In this document: positions 1 through 11,904 of the stretch, one piece after another
Numbering within the stretch: the stretch's first letter is position 1
How the letters are laid out: every line of letters begins with the position of its first letter
DNA from: Octopus bimaculoides
Taxonomy: Eukaryota
Reading direction: 5' to 3'
Assembly: GCF_001194135.2 (NCBI RefSeq)
Contig: NC_069005.1
Span: 12,137,496 to 12,189,219, forward strand
Length of the DNA stretch: 51,724 bases
The notes under the pieces: model-generated
What the model was told of the DNA's origin: nothing
Databases searched by the model: none
The model's input: only the letters and a program-made list of their open reading frames with translations
Translations under genes and position numbers: made by a program

Positions 1-31
<31 letters not shown>

Positions 32-81
32 GTGTATGTACGTATGTATACAGACACATATATGTACATACACACACAAAC

Positions 82-132
<51 letters not shown>

Positions 133-653
133 CATATATATGTGTAGGTGTGTGGGCTTATGTATAGATAGTCAGCCAGACCAGCAGATAGACAGTGGGA
201 GAGATAGAGAGAGGTAGAGAGAGTGAGAGAAAATGCGTGAGAGGAAAGAGAAAAAGAGAGATGGAGACAGACACAGACAGACACAGACAGACAGGTAGAG
301 AGACAGAGATAGAGAGCTTCATGTTCGAGAGTTTGTCTGAATGGGAACAAATGAATGACTTAGACAAATGGAAGTTTTACATAATAGAATCATTGATGTG
401 CAATGTTGGATAGATACAAACAAAAGCTTAACAAAAGTTCGTTCTGCAGCTCCTGCTATGATTAAGCAGTTGAATGTGTCGTACTTACATCGAGACTCTT
501 AAATAGATTAAAAAGAATGATATATAGTAAAGAATAGGATACAGAGAGCGAATATGATAGGGATTAGCATAGTAGCCATATCGCAGTGTAAGTCGTATGA
601 AATGTCTCTCTTTTACCATCGAAATTTGTCCGTGAAAAGAAAGGTTACGAACA

Positions 654-1170
654 GGCAGAGTCGTTAGTACGGCGGGCAAAACGTGTCGGGTATTTCATCT
701 GCCTTTAGGCTCTGAGTTCAGTTAAGGCGCGTGGCTTAGTGGTTAGGGCATTCGACTCACGATCGTAAGGTCGTGAGTTCAATTCCCGGCGACAAGTTGT
801 GTCCTTGAGCAAGACACTTTATTTCACGTTGCTCCAGTCCGCTCAGCTGGCAAAAATGAGTTGTATCTGCCACACTCTGTGTCATGCTGAATCTCCCTGA
901 GAACTACGTTAAGGGTACACGTGTCTGTGGATTGCTCAGGGACTTGAACGTTAATTTCACGAGCAAGCTGTTCCGTTGATCGTATCGACTGGGACCCTTG
1001 TCGTCGTAACCGACGGAGTGCTCCTCCCGCCTCAGGTTCTGCGTTCAAATTCCCCCGAAGTCGACTCTACCATTCGTGGTCGATAAAATAACTACCAGTT
1101 GATCATTGGGGTCAATATAATCGATTTAACCCCTTCCCCGAAATTGCTGTCCTTGTTCCAAATTTGAAAC
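654..1170 (+). mobile_element. SINE group C copy split by a nested group A SINE (5' part 654-720, 3' part 1034-1170)
   Basis: GGCAGAGTCGTTAGTACGGCGGGCAAAA...TCTGAGTTCA resumes after the insert as TTCAAATTCCCCCGAAGTCGACT...GGTCGATAAAATAACTACCAG...GGGGTCAAT...TTTGAAAC. It is colinear with the intact copies at 10055 and 26256. Confidence 0.8.
726..1021 (+). mobile_element. tRNA-derived SINE, group A (tRNA-Arg-like head, CORE-like body)
   Basis: Pol III A-box TGGCTTAGTGG (732-742) and B-box GTTCAATTCC (777-786), then GTGTCCTTGAGCAAGACACTTTATTTCACGTTGCTCCAG, and tail ...ACCCTTGTCGTCGTAACCGACGGAGTGC. A second copy lies at 26712-27031 (-). It resembles the octopus OR-type SINEs; the assignment is unverified. 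Confidence 0.85.
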
Positions 1171-1194
1171 GAATATGACTGAAGGAAGGTAACG

Positions 1195-1345
1195 CATTGG
1201 CAGAAAATGCCGCTATTTTACAAGCGGTGCAAAATACTTAACAGCATTTCGCCCGCCCTTAAGCTCTGAGATCAAATTTCGGGGTCGATAAATTGACTCA
1301 CCCCATCCACTGAAATTACAAGATTTGTACTAAACTTTGAAATCA
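1195..1345 (+). mobile_element. SINE group C, internally deleted copy
   Basis: TGGCAGAAAA...AAAATACTTAACAGCATTTCGCCCGCCCTTAAGCTCTGAGATCAAATTTC is joined directly to GGGGTCGATAAATTGACTCACCCC...TTTGAAATC. Confidence 0.65.
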
Positions 1346-1384
1346 ATATGACACTGTGATGACCAGGAAGCGCATACATCGTTT

Positions 1385-1435
1385 TCTGAAATGCTAGAAA
1401 TAATAGCAAAACCTTCCCTCACATTAAGCGTCTTT
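1385..1435 (-). repeat. Old dispersed repeat fragment (group D motif GATTTGGCTGCTATTTCTAGCA)
   Basis: The degenerate motif recurs at about 3900-3935 (+), 4148-4200 (+), 6070-6098 (+), 27075-27100 (-) and 31640-31730 (-). Confidence 0.4.
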
Positions 1436-1580
1436 ATATATTTTTAAGAAAATGGGAAAATTCTGTATATCTTGCTGGATAAGCATTTTCCTATCACAGT
1501 AACGTAGGAATTCTGCTGGAAGCTGCTTGATGATATCTAAGCTACGATAATGAAAGCTGTTTATTAATTAGTTTCAGCTA

Positions 1581-2010
1581 TCTTTGATCGTTTACTTGTT
1601 TCAGTCATTGGACTGCTGCCATGCTGGAGCACAGCCGTGAAGAATATTAAATGATCAAATCGACTCAAGTACTTAATCATTGCTTTAAAGCCTGGTACTT
1701 ACTCTATCAGTTACTTATGCCGAACCTCGAGGTTACGAGGTAAACGCACCAATATGGGTAGTCAAATGGTGGTGGTGGCGACGAAGGCACCGATACACAC
1801 ACAGGCCTACGCATGCACACACACACATACACACGCTCGCATACACAGATACACACGCACACGTTTATACGACGGGCTTCTCTCAGATTCCGTCTACCAA
1901 ATCCACTCACAAGGCTTTGGTCGATCCGACGCTATAGTAGTTGACACTCGCCCAAGGTGCCACGCAGTCAGACTGAACCTGGAATCATGTGGCTGCAAAG
2001 TACAGCTACA
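1581..2010 (-). mobile_element. tRNA-derived SINE, group B, near full length
   Basis: Reverse complement of head ...CCACATGATTCCAGGTTCAGTCTGACTGCGTGGCACCTTGGGCGAGTGTC..., an internal (TG/CA)n tract, and tail ...CTCCAGCATGGCAGCAGTCCAATGACTGAAACAAGTAAA. It matches the copies at 21978, 30836, 32995 and 34323. Confidence 0.85.
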
Positions 2011-2184
2011 AACCAATCATTAAAGTCTACAGCAGTAGACTTATTGACCTCTTTGAGCCCTATTTTACTTTGCCGAACTCCCATAGCTATTTGATGTTGA
2101 GAATATTCTATAATTATATAATCAAATATTATTAGGAATGTATCAACAAATTGTTAGAGTATTTTATGTATTATGACAGTATGT

Positions 2185-2558
2185 GGAGACGCAATGGCCC
2201 AGTGGTTAGGGCAGCGGACTCGCGGTCGTAGGATCGCGGTTTCGATTCCCAGACCGGGCGTCGTAATTGTTTATTGAGCTAAAACACCTAAAACTCCACG
2301 TTACGTCGGCAGTGGGTGGTGAACCCTGCTATACTCTATCACCACAGCTTTCTCTCACTCTTTCTTCCTGTTTCTGTTCTACCTGTATTTCAAAGGGCCA
2401 GCCTTTTCACACTTTGTGTTACGCTGAATCTCTCCGTGAACTACATTAAGGGTTCGAATGACTGTGGAGTGCTCAGCCACTTGCACGTTAATTTCTCGAA
2501 CAGGCTGTTCCGTCGATCGGATCAACTAGAACCCTCGTCGTCGTAACCGACGTAGTGC
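2185..2558 (+). mobile_element. tRNA-derived SINE, group A variant (different head and body, same 3' tail as 726-1021)
   Basis: A-box TGGCCCAGTGG, anticodon-like GACTCGCGGTC, B-box GTTTCGATTCC. The last ~150 bp align with 871-1021 (GCTGAATCTC...GAACTAC...TTAAGGGT...ACCCTCGTCGTCGTAACCGACG). Confidence 0.85.
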
Positions 2559-2579
2559 GGCATAGAAATAGGAGCAATT

Positions 2580-2930
2580 CATTGCACATAAATTTTAACA
2601 ACAGCATCTTTCACGGACACCAAGGGTCGTATGAACTCCCGGTTGAAAACCACATAGAGTCTACACTGTCTCGTTTCTATAATAGTTTGAAATCATCTTC
2701 TACGAGACGGTACAAATTTCCTGTTGATACAGACTTCCAGAAGGTCTGGCTTGGCCTTGGCAGTATCACTGTATTCAACCTAGGAGGGCGTAGGCAAATA
2801 TACAAATCTATATATAACAAATAGACACCTGTATTCAGAACAGACGTAACGAAAACATTGAAATCAAACACAGGAAGCTTGATGAGTTTAAAGACAAAAA
2901 TCCCTGATTCATGCTTGAAATCATAAGAAA
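2580..2930 (-). mobile_element. Highly decayed non-LTR reverse transcriptase relic (RTE-like, mid-RT region)
   Basis: Minus-strand frames give NQGFLSLNSS..MFSLRLF and YSDTAKAKPDLLEVCINRKFVPSRRR*FQTIIETRQCRLYVVFNREFIRPLVSVKDAV. Order and spacing resemble RTE QFGF..IFSLR..FIDLEKA..LW.CL.KKGVP..IQ.MYE.T..RV...F.VK.G. Comparison by eye only. Confidence 0.4.
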
Positions 2931-2946
2931 AATATGCTTCTCACAA

Positions 2947-2978
2947 GAATGGGGGATTCACTAAGTAATCCCCCATTC
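2947..2978. other. Perfect 12-bp hairpin
   Basis: GAATGGGGGATT-CACTAAGT-AATCCCCCATTC; the arms are exact reverse complements. Confidence 0.9.
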
Positions 2979-3227
2979 ATCGTAGTACACCTGCCGCTGT
3001 CCTAATCAGAGAGAAGCACCTGCTTCCCGTCGCCATCTTGCTCTTCAATGATATTTTGATAGCGGGTGCTCAGTTGAATTGATGAGTGTTTCGTTCACTT
3101 ACAACACAGGGATGAACTAGATGCGAATAAGGCTTATTTATTTATCTAATTATTTTTGAGTTCATCTGATTAAGGAAAGTGAGCACCTTAATTAGATAAC
3201 GTAGAAACTAATTTCATGTCGGTGAAT

Positions 3228-3294
3228 CAACAACAGCAACAAGATGAACAACAATGACAGCAACAACGACGACGACTACAACAACAACAACAGC

Positions 3295-3335
<41 letters not shown>

Positions 3336-3472
3336 CGAGGGATAAAATGGTTATATGATTAAAACACATGTTTTGGAAAGAAAAATAGCGACAATAACAG
3401 CTGTAGCAACAGCAGCAGCAGCAACAGCAGCAGCAAAAACAGCAAAAGCAGCAACTTTAGACGTATTATTAT

Positions 3473-3504
<32 letters not shown>

Positions 3505-3520
3505 TTATTATTATTATTAT
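3228..3520. repeat. Compound (AAC)n / (AGC)n / (TTA)n microsatellites
   Basis: Directly visible trinucleotide runs. Confidence 0.95.
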
Positions 3521-4337
3521 TGATCAGTGTCACCGTTGGAAAAGTAAAATATTTTTTATCATTATTTATATTTTTTGTTTCCGTTCTGTATTTATCTTAA
3601 AATAAACAGATAAAAAAATGAACGACTAAATAATTGAATAAATACAGAAATAAATAAATAACGAAAATAAACTAAAACACCACACGTGCACAAGTCCTAG
3701 TTTTGTAAATAAATAGGTTGCTGTTGCAGACGATTTTGTTGTTGCTCTAATCACCGTCGTCTTTGTTGTTTAGTTCATATTGAGTGATGACATAGCAGAA
3801 CTATCATTAAAGATGTTGGAACATCTCGTCTCTGCCTGGAGTACTGTGTTGTATTTGCCTCTTTATCTTTCCTTTTACTAAGAAGTCAGAGTATAACTTA
3901 TGAAATAGCATTTGACTGCCATTTCTATTAGGCAGGAGCCAATACGTGGATCTTCCGTACGGCTGGCTTCTTCAACGTTGTTGACACCGTCGCTGTTAAC
4001 TTCTTATTGCTTATCCAAAGTTAGCCCATATTGAGAAGACATGTCTTCAAAAACAATCCACCCATGACTATCATGGATGTTCATTCTTTTATTTAAGGTA
4101 TCTTGTACTCCAGGCAACAGCACCAATGTGCACATTTTTCATGCAAATATGGTGTGATTTGCGGGTTGCCTGGTTGCTTTATCTAGCATGTAGACCAGGA
4201 TGGGAGCGGGGTACCAGGTGAAAGAAAAAACTACTACGTCAACGAATAAGTCATTCAGATGTGGACTAGACATTCGTCCTGGTCATTAACCACGTGAACG
4301 TCTAATAGTGGCGGTGGTGGAAATCTTGATGTCCGTG

Positions 4338-4362
4338 TAGTAGTAGTAATAGTAGTAGTAGC

Positions 4363-4410
<48 letters not shown>
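4338..4410. repeat. (GTA)n microsatellite
   Basis: Directly visible. Confidence 0.95.
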
Positions 4411-4411
<1 letters not shown>

Positions 4412-4910
4412 TATCAATCGCTATTGTTCTTGTCCCTGTTTAGCTCAATAATCAACCAAAAAATGAACTCTGTGGAGTTCAACTTTCCGTCTCGTGTCGA
4501 TACCGTTATTGATAAAATTATGTGCCAGTCAGAATTATCAGTGAAATATCCTCTATTCAGAAAGAGAGAGTTCATTGGCACCACATATACCATTCTCAAA
4601 AACCAGAAGACAGTACGGAAACCCAAGCTCAAAGAGTGCACGAGCCAGCTTTGCCTAAATTGTTTTTTCAGAATTTGGGAAGGACACACACGAAATGAAC
4701 ATTACTGACGATGTGACCCTACTTAGTAGTCCCCTTCGTGGCGTAATATGGACAGATAACAAGCTTAGATATAGCATTTGGTGAAATGTGGTGGGATGGG
4801 ATCATCGTTGATGTACGAGTCCTCATAATCATGCATGATCATAGATCAAACATCGGGACTGTGCCGACAGCCAGAATAGATGACCTAGCTGTTACACATG
4901 TTGACGTAAC
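4410..4910 (+). mobile_element. Highly decayed non-LTR reverse transcriptase relic (RTE-like, RT core)
   Basis: Successive frames give SLLFLSLFSSIINQKMNSVEFNFPSRVDTVIDKIMCQSELSVK, KLKECTSQLCLNCFF, MNITDDVTLLSS and DGIIVDVRVLIIMH...RIDDLAVTHVDVTFL. This is colinear with RT FDSI..KM..EFG.P / QGC.LSP.LFN / ADD..LLS / GL.IN..KT..M / IDG..VE.VD.FTYL. Comparison by eye only. Confidence 0.45.
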
Positions 4911-4974
4911 ATTCCTCTAAAAGCATTCTGTACATCGTCTTCTGCATTATTTTCGCCATTTTCGGCTAGCTCTT

Positions 4975-5841
4975 CCCCTTTCCCCTCCCCTCCTCCTCCT
5001 CATTATCATCATCATCATCTTCTTCTTCCACCTCCCCCTCCTCATCCTCCTCATCCTCCTCCTCCTGATCATCACCATCACAATCATCATCATCTTTACC
5101 ACCTTTTATTTCTATTATTATGACATAATTATACATAATCATGAACTGGTAAAAAAAAATCAGTAGACCATTAGAAAAAGAAGAAAAAATCATGTCTAGC
5201 AGTGTATACGTTATGGCAATTCTTATCCTTTTGAGTTCAAATGTAGACATGCGTAGGAGTGGCTGTGTGGTAATTAGCTTGCTTACGAACCACATGGTTC
5301 CGAGTTCAATCCCACTGAACGCTAAGTATTTTTTTGATCGTTTGGCGGATGAAAGAATTGTAAGAGTTCTCCTGACAAAATAGTGTACAATATTTGCTCT
5401 CCTGCTTTTCTTTACGTTCCTGAGTTCAAATCCCGCAGACATTCAATGTTGATTACATCCTCTCCTGTCCTTTTGCACCCCTCTTGTAATCATGATCATA
5501 TACCACCACCACTTCCCCTGCATCTCCCCTCCTCTTTTTTCCTCCTCCTTTTCTTCTTCTCCTTCTTCTTCTTCCTCATCTTCCCCTTCTTTTTCTTCTT
5601 CTTCTTCTTCTTCTTCTTCTTCTTCTTCTTCCTCATCTTCCACTTCTTTTTCTTCTTCTTCTTCTTCTTGATCTTCTACTTCCTCCTCCTCCTCCTCCTA
5701 CCCCTCGTCTTCTCATTGTCGTCTGTAGCAATCGTTGTTGTCATCATCCTCGATGTCATCGTTGTCATCCCGTTTGTCGTCGTTGTTGTCATTGTTGTCG
5801 CCGCCATTGTCATTATCATCATCATCATCATCATCATCGCA

Positions 5842-5883
<42 letters not shown>

Positions 5884-5935
5884 TTCATCGTCATCCTCAT
5901 CACCATCATTATCATTACCGCCACAATCAATCACT
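4975..5935. repeat. Compound (TCC/TCA)n, (TTC)n and (TCG/TCA)n low-complexity tracts with an embedded SINE B head (5247-5320) and SINE C head (5345-5440)
   Basis: Trinucleotide runs; GCGTAGGAGTGGCTGTGTGGTAATTAGCTTGCTTACGAACCACATGGTTCCGAGTTCAATCCCACTG is a group B head. Confidence 0.8.
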
Positions 5936-6104
5936 CNNNNNNNNNNNNNNNNNNNNNNNNNNNNNNNNNNNNNNNNNNNNNNNNNNNNNNNNNNNNNNNN
6001 NTTATCGATCCCTCCGGAACCTATGCAATCTACTACACATCGCAACATAAAAATATTCCGACCTTGGGCATCTCTTCAAATATTGGTGCTATTTCTAGTG
6101 GTGT

Positions 6105-6175
<71 letters not shown>

Positions 6176-6338
6176 ATAGAAGTTGCTGTTGTTTGTTTGT
6201 TGTTGTGGTTGTCAAAAGTCATTGTTTGGGTTTCCTTTCGAGTATGTTATATATCTTTGCATTCATTTTGTTTTCAGTTCTTCAGCATTACTTGTAGTTC
6301 TTCATAATTAGGCTTCTTCCTCATCAGGTTGTTGTTGT

Positions 6339-6398
<60 letters not shown>

Positions 6399-6444
6399 GT
6401 CTACTAATACTACGTCTACTACTAGCAGAAATTGCTACAACTTA

Positions 6445-6509
<65 letters not shown>

Positions 6510-6644
6510 TAATAATGATGATGATGATAGTAATAATAATAATAATCTTTGATGGCAAACAGAAAAAGGATAATAATAATACTGCTGCTACTGCCTCTCC
6601 TACTATTACAAGAACATGTACTACTACAACTGCTGCTGCTGCTG

Positions 6645-6677
<33 letters not shown>

Positions 6678-6680
6678 GTA
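6105..6680. repeat. Cluster of (AGT)n, (ACT)n, (AAT)n and (ACT)n microsatellites
   Basis: Directly visible. Confidence 0.95.
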
Positions 6681-6893
6681 CACGTATTGCGATTATCACC
6701 CCTCCCCACCCCGTTTCTATACCAGTCAACCAACCTACCAATTACCTCTGTCACTTACGTATACACTATGTATTTCGTTCTACGTCAACGTCTCGTTCTC
6801 TTTTCATTCGCAACTTGCAACACTAGCATCTTAACATGCGCACACACACGCACACACATACAGAGAAACAACAACACATGCACGCATACACAA

Positions 6894-6949
<56 letters not shown>

Positions 6950-6988
6950 ATACATACAAACACAACACACGCGTACATATATACACAA

Positions 6989-7020
<32 letters not shown>

Positions 7021-7990
7021 CTCACACATGTCATCTATTAATAGAAACGTTTTCATGTTAAAAGAGGCATGAGAACATTACATCACGAGAATAAATTATG
7101 CTAAGTAGTAAAGTTTTCTTAACCAACGAAATAGCTCAATTCACATTGGTGGGTTTTGCCGTCNNNNNNNNNNNNNNNNNNNNNNNNNNNNNNNNNNNNN
7201 NNNNNNNNNNNNNNNNNNNNNNNNNNNNNNNNNNNNNNNNNNNNNNNNNNNNNNNNNNNNNNNNNNNNNNNNNNNNNNNNNNNNNNNNNNNNNNNNNNNN
7301 NNNNNNNNNNNNNNNNNNNNNNNNNNNNNNNNNNNNNNNNNNNNNNNNNNNNNNNNNNNNNNNNNNNNNNNNNNNNNNNNNNNNNNNNNNNNNNNNNNNN
7401 NNNNNNNNNNNNNNNNNNNNNNNNNNNNNNNNNNNNNNNNNNNNNNNNNNNNNNNNNNNNNNNNNNNNNNNNNNNNNNNNNNNNNNNNNNNNNNNNNNNN
7501 NNNNNNNNNNNNNNNNNNNNNNNNNNNNNNNNNNNNNNNNNNNNNNNNNNNNNNNNNNNNNNNNNNNNNNNNNNNNNNNNNNNNNNNNNNNNNNNNNNNN
7601 NNNNNNNNNNNNNNNNNNNNNNNNNNNNNNNNNNNNNNNNNNNNNNNNNNNNNNNNNNNNNNNNNNNNNNNNNNNNNNNNNNNNNNNNNNNNNNNNNNNN
7701 NNNNNNNNNNNNNNNNNNNNNNNNNNNNNNNNNNNNNNNNNNNNNNNNNNNNNNNNNNNNNNNNNNNNNNNNNNNNNNNNNNNNNNNNNNNNNNNNNNNN
7801 NNNNNNNNNNNNNNNNNNNNNNNNNNNNNNNNNNNNNNNNNCTTACCTACGTACGCACACACGCAAATTCATACGTAGTTAAACGCGTACATATCGTATT
7901 TATTTACCTCTTAAACTTAATGAGCATCCACCCACCTTTTCTAACACTACCGTTCGATTACACTATTTCTTCTGAAATCTATTTACCTCT

Positions 7991-8051
<61 letters not shown>

Positions 8052-8368
8052 AATCAACCAATCTATTTAACCGTTTGTCTGTCTATCTATCAACTTTCTT
8101 CCCACGTATCCATCAGTATATCCAGCTATTCATCTTGATAGTTATCAAGATAAATTTCTAAATTAAAACACCTAGATTTATAATATACTAATGTATGAAA
8201 TGACGATAAGCCACATGAAAACCAATACCATCTATCTGTCAGTCTGTATGCATGACTGTCTGACTGCTGCCTATCTGCCTTTCTGTCTATTTATTTATGT
8301 ATGTTTCTCTCTACCTTTGTAGATGCATACATATACATACATACATCCAAACATACATAAATATATAA

Positions 8369-8417
<49 letters not shown>

Positions 8418-9326
8418 NNNNNNNNNNNNNNNNNNNNNNNNNNNNNNNNNNNNNNNNNNNNNNNNNNNNNNNNNNNNNNNNNNNNNNNNNNNNNNNNNNN
8501 NNNNNNNNNNNNNNNNNNNNNNNNNNNNNNNNNNNNNNNNNNNNNNNNNNNNNNNNNNNNNNNNNNNNNNNNNNNNNNNNNNNNNNNNNNNNNNNNNNNN
8601 NNNNNNNNNNNNNNNNNNNNNNNNNNNNNNNNNNNNNNNNNNNNNNNNNNNNNNNNNNNNNNNNNNNNNNNNNNNNNNNNNNNNNNNNNNNNNNNNNNNN
8701 NNNNNNNNNNNNNNNNNNNNNNNNNNNNNNNNNNNNNNNNNNNNNNNNNNNNNNNNNNNNNNNNNNNNNNNNNNNNNNNNNNNNNNNNNNNNNNNNNNNN
8801 NNNNNNNNNNNNNNNNNNNNNNNNNNNNNNNNNNNNNNNNNNNNNNNNNNNNNNNNNNNNNNNNNNNNNNNNNNNNNNNNNNNNNNNNNNNNNNNNNNNN
8901 NNNNNNNNNNNNNNNNNNNNNNNNNNNNNNNNNNNNNNNNNNNNNNNNNNNNNNNNNNNNNNNNNNNNNNNNNNNNNNNNNNNNNNNNNNNNNNNNNNNN
9001 NNNNNNNNNNNNNNNNNNNNNNNNNNNNNNNNNNNNNNNNNNNNNNNNNNNNNNNNNNNNNNNNNNNNNNNNNNNNNNNNNNNNNNNNNNNNNNNNNNNN
9101 NNNNNNNNNNNNNNNNNNNNNNNNNNNNNNNNNNNNNNNNNNNNNNNNNNNNNNNNNNNNNNNNNNNNNNNNNNNNNNNNNNNNNNNNNNNNNNNNNNNN
9201 NNNNNNNNNNNNNNNNNNNNNNNNNNNNNNNNNNNNNNNNNNNNNNNNNNNNNNNNNNNNNNAGTTTTTCCATTTCTTTTAGAGAAACGTTGTCATCTGC
9301 TGGTATTGATACATCAATTAGAAAGC

Positions 9327-9404
<78 letters not shown>

Positions 9405-9445
9405 CATCATCATCATCAAGTGGGAAATCAGTGCATGTCCTCAAA

Positions 9446-9969
9446 ATGACACTGGGATAAAATATACGAAGCCCGGTATACCCATCATGACTACCTGTCT
9501 GATAAGCTTACACCAGGCACATGCATCACAACCATATGTGCACGACATGGTGATCTTATAGCAAGATTAACTGTGCAAGACCTTGCACGTGGGACCCAGT
9601 TAGAATTTTCTTCAGATCGAACTGCCCATCCCGTTCCTTGAAAAATGGCTGTTTAAGAATGTTGAACACCCATGTTTCCAGAGTAGAATTATCCAAACCC
9701 CAAAGAATTCCTCTCAACACATAGCTATGATGACCCTCCCCTCCCCATTATCTTTGCCCGTGATCAGAGATGCGCATATCATTAGCAACCAAGGAATATG
9801 CTGAACTGATTAAGGTCAAACAACTGACAAACAATTCTGTGGTATTGAGTAGAATATTCACTGTAGCCCATCTTTTATACCAAGACAAAACATATGCATG
9901 ATAGCACTTTCAATCATTTAAGATCCGATGACATGAGAGCCACTGATTGGTATTGCATCAGGGCATTTA
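9446..9969 (+). mobile_element. Probable 3' portion of a retroposon embedded in (ATT)n
   Basis: Complex ~520-bp island bounded by (ATT/ATC)n on both sides, ending ...GGTATTGCATCAGGGCATTTA followed by (ATT)n. No ORF. It looks like a recurrent octopus repeat from memory, but there is no second copy in this window. Confidence 0.4.
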
Positions 9970-9996
9970 ATACTATTATTATCATCATCATCATCA

Positions 9997-10054
<58 letters not shown>

Positions 10055-10055
<1 letters not shown>

Positions 10056-10270
10056 AGGCGGCGAGCTGGCATAATCGTTAGCATGCCGGACAAAATGCTT
10101 AGCGGCTTTCCTTCGTATTTAAGTTCTGTGTTCAAATGTCTCCGAGGTCGTCTTTACTTCTCATTCTCTAAGGTTTGATAAAAAAAAAAGTACCAGTTAA
10201 TATCTGGGCTCGAATGTAACCGACTTAACCTCGCCCCCGAAAATGCTGGCCTTGTGCCAAATTCTGAAAT
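10055..10270 (+). mobile_element. SINE group C, full length
   Basis: AAGGCGGCGAGCTGGCATAATCGTTAGCATGCCGGACAAAATGCTTAGCGG...GTTCAAAT...GAGGTCG...GTACCAG...GCTGGCCTTGTGCCAAA; preceded by (ATT)n. Confidence 0.85.
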
Positions 10271-10886
10271 CATTATCCTAGGTAGCAGAAGTTGGTAGGG
10301 GCGTAGCTAATGGCTAATTCGTATATGCGATGAAATTCCATCTGAGCGAGGGAAGGCGAATTATACTGGGTTTGTGTCAAGGCTCACAGTAAAACTGCTG
10401 TGAGTGAGGGACCGACCCTTAGCTGTTGCAACAGCATCTTTCTGGGAGATGGACACCCAGATGTAAAATTTGCTGTTTCACTTGACTACAGGCTATCTTG
10501 CTTCGGTCTGTCACTAAGGAATAAACACAGAGGCTCCGATATCTGATACTGATATACAAATGCTTGTCACTATGATCCAATGACGTAGAGATGTCTTTCT
10601 ATGTTGACTTCATATATCATCCCATTTACTGAAACTCCTACGGCGATAGAAGAGTAGTGACATGTGCAGACCTAACCGGTTCGAAGCGCATTGTGAGTGA
10701 GTTACAGCTTTCGTATATCGCCTATGCTTCAAACCATGCAAACCGGTTACAGGATTTCTCATCCGAGACGTCACAAATGGAAATTCAGGAAGGCCACTGG
10801 CAACGCGGAAGCACAAGGAGACAACAATCATATGTGAGGATGGAGCCATCACCATATACATGTGTGTGTGTGTGTATGTATGTATG

Positions 10887-10920
<34 letters not shown>

Positions 10921-11904
10921 TATAGTGTGGCGTTTTGAGCACGGCTCTTCGTCAGATAGAGGAAACAGGAATGAACCAGAGGGAAAGAGAAAAATCGTCC
11001 AAAGAAAGCACGAGTGTGGTTACATGGCTAAAGTCACCGGAAGTGGAGAGAGATAGAGAAAATGGTTTTTGAAGTTAGGAGAGTGCTTCTGTCTCTCACT
11101 ATCTCTCTTCAAACACACTCACACATACACACACGCACACATACGCACGCACACACATACACACAACCATGTTTAGTTTTTGTCCCATCGTTCATTTTAG
11201 TGCATACATGTATGCGTGTATGCGTCTATCTTTACTTCAATCTGCATTTTATTCAATCTACGTATTTTAAATTCTTTGTATTTTTTTTTTTCGTCAACTG
11301 TTTCTATTATCAATAATTAACTCTGAAATATATTTACCATTATCGATCTGATGTTTTGCTGTATCATATAAAAGATTGAATACATTCCTATTTGCTACTT
11401 AATATATCCTTTTATCAATGATCAAGAAAAATCAATAAGATAAATAAATAAATAAATTTATAGCTATATGAATAAGTAAACACTATCAACACTGATAAAC
11501 TACAAAAAATAAATTAACACAAGAAAACAGACAAGAAAAGAAAAAGAAAAAAAGAGAGATCCTCGCCATATTCGTGCATCCATTATCTTATTGTAAATAC
11601 GTCATCACCTTTAATATCGAAGTCCAACTTCACTAAAACTCGGCTTGCTTGTATACGTTGGGCTGAAGCATGAAAGCCGGCACCTTACTGTTACATACAC
11701 AAATGCAAACAGAAATTTTTAACGTTTCATCTACGTATTCCATTATTCAGTTTTATTTCAAGATTTCTTTTCCAATACTGAAAGATCCGGTTTCTAATCT
11801 ACATCCTAGGCTCCTTCATTGGAATTTCAACAACATCAACGGGGTATTATTTTGCATGCTTGTATGTATATGTGCAATATTTGGAGTCAGATTATGTGCA
11901 GTGT

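Noticed and set aside
726-800. tRNA-like sequences (also 2185, 21978, 26960-27031, 35200-35250)
   Set aside because: They have A/B boxes but no complete cloverleaf or acceptor stem, and they continue into SINE bodies; these are SINE heads, not tRNA genes.
2991-3036. Possible first coding exon on the minus strand (CAAGATGGCG..., MATGSRCFSLIRTAA, donor CAG|GTGTAC)
   Set aside because: The donor is weak, no compatible downstream exon was found (phase gives an immediate stop), and the adjacent sequence is better explained as an RT relic.
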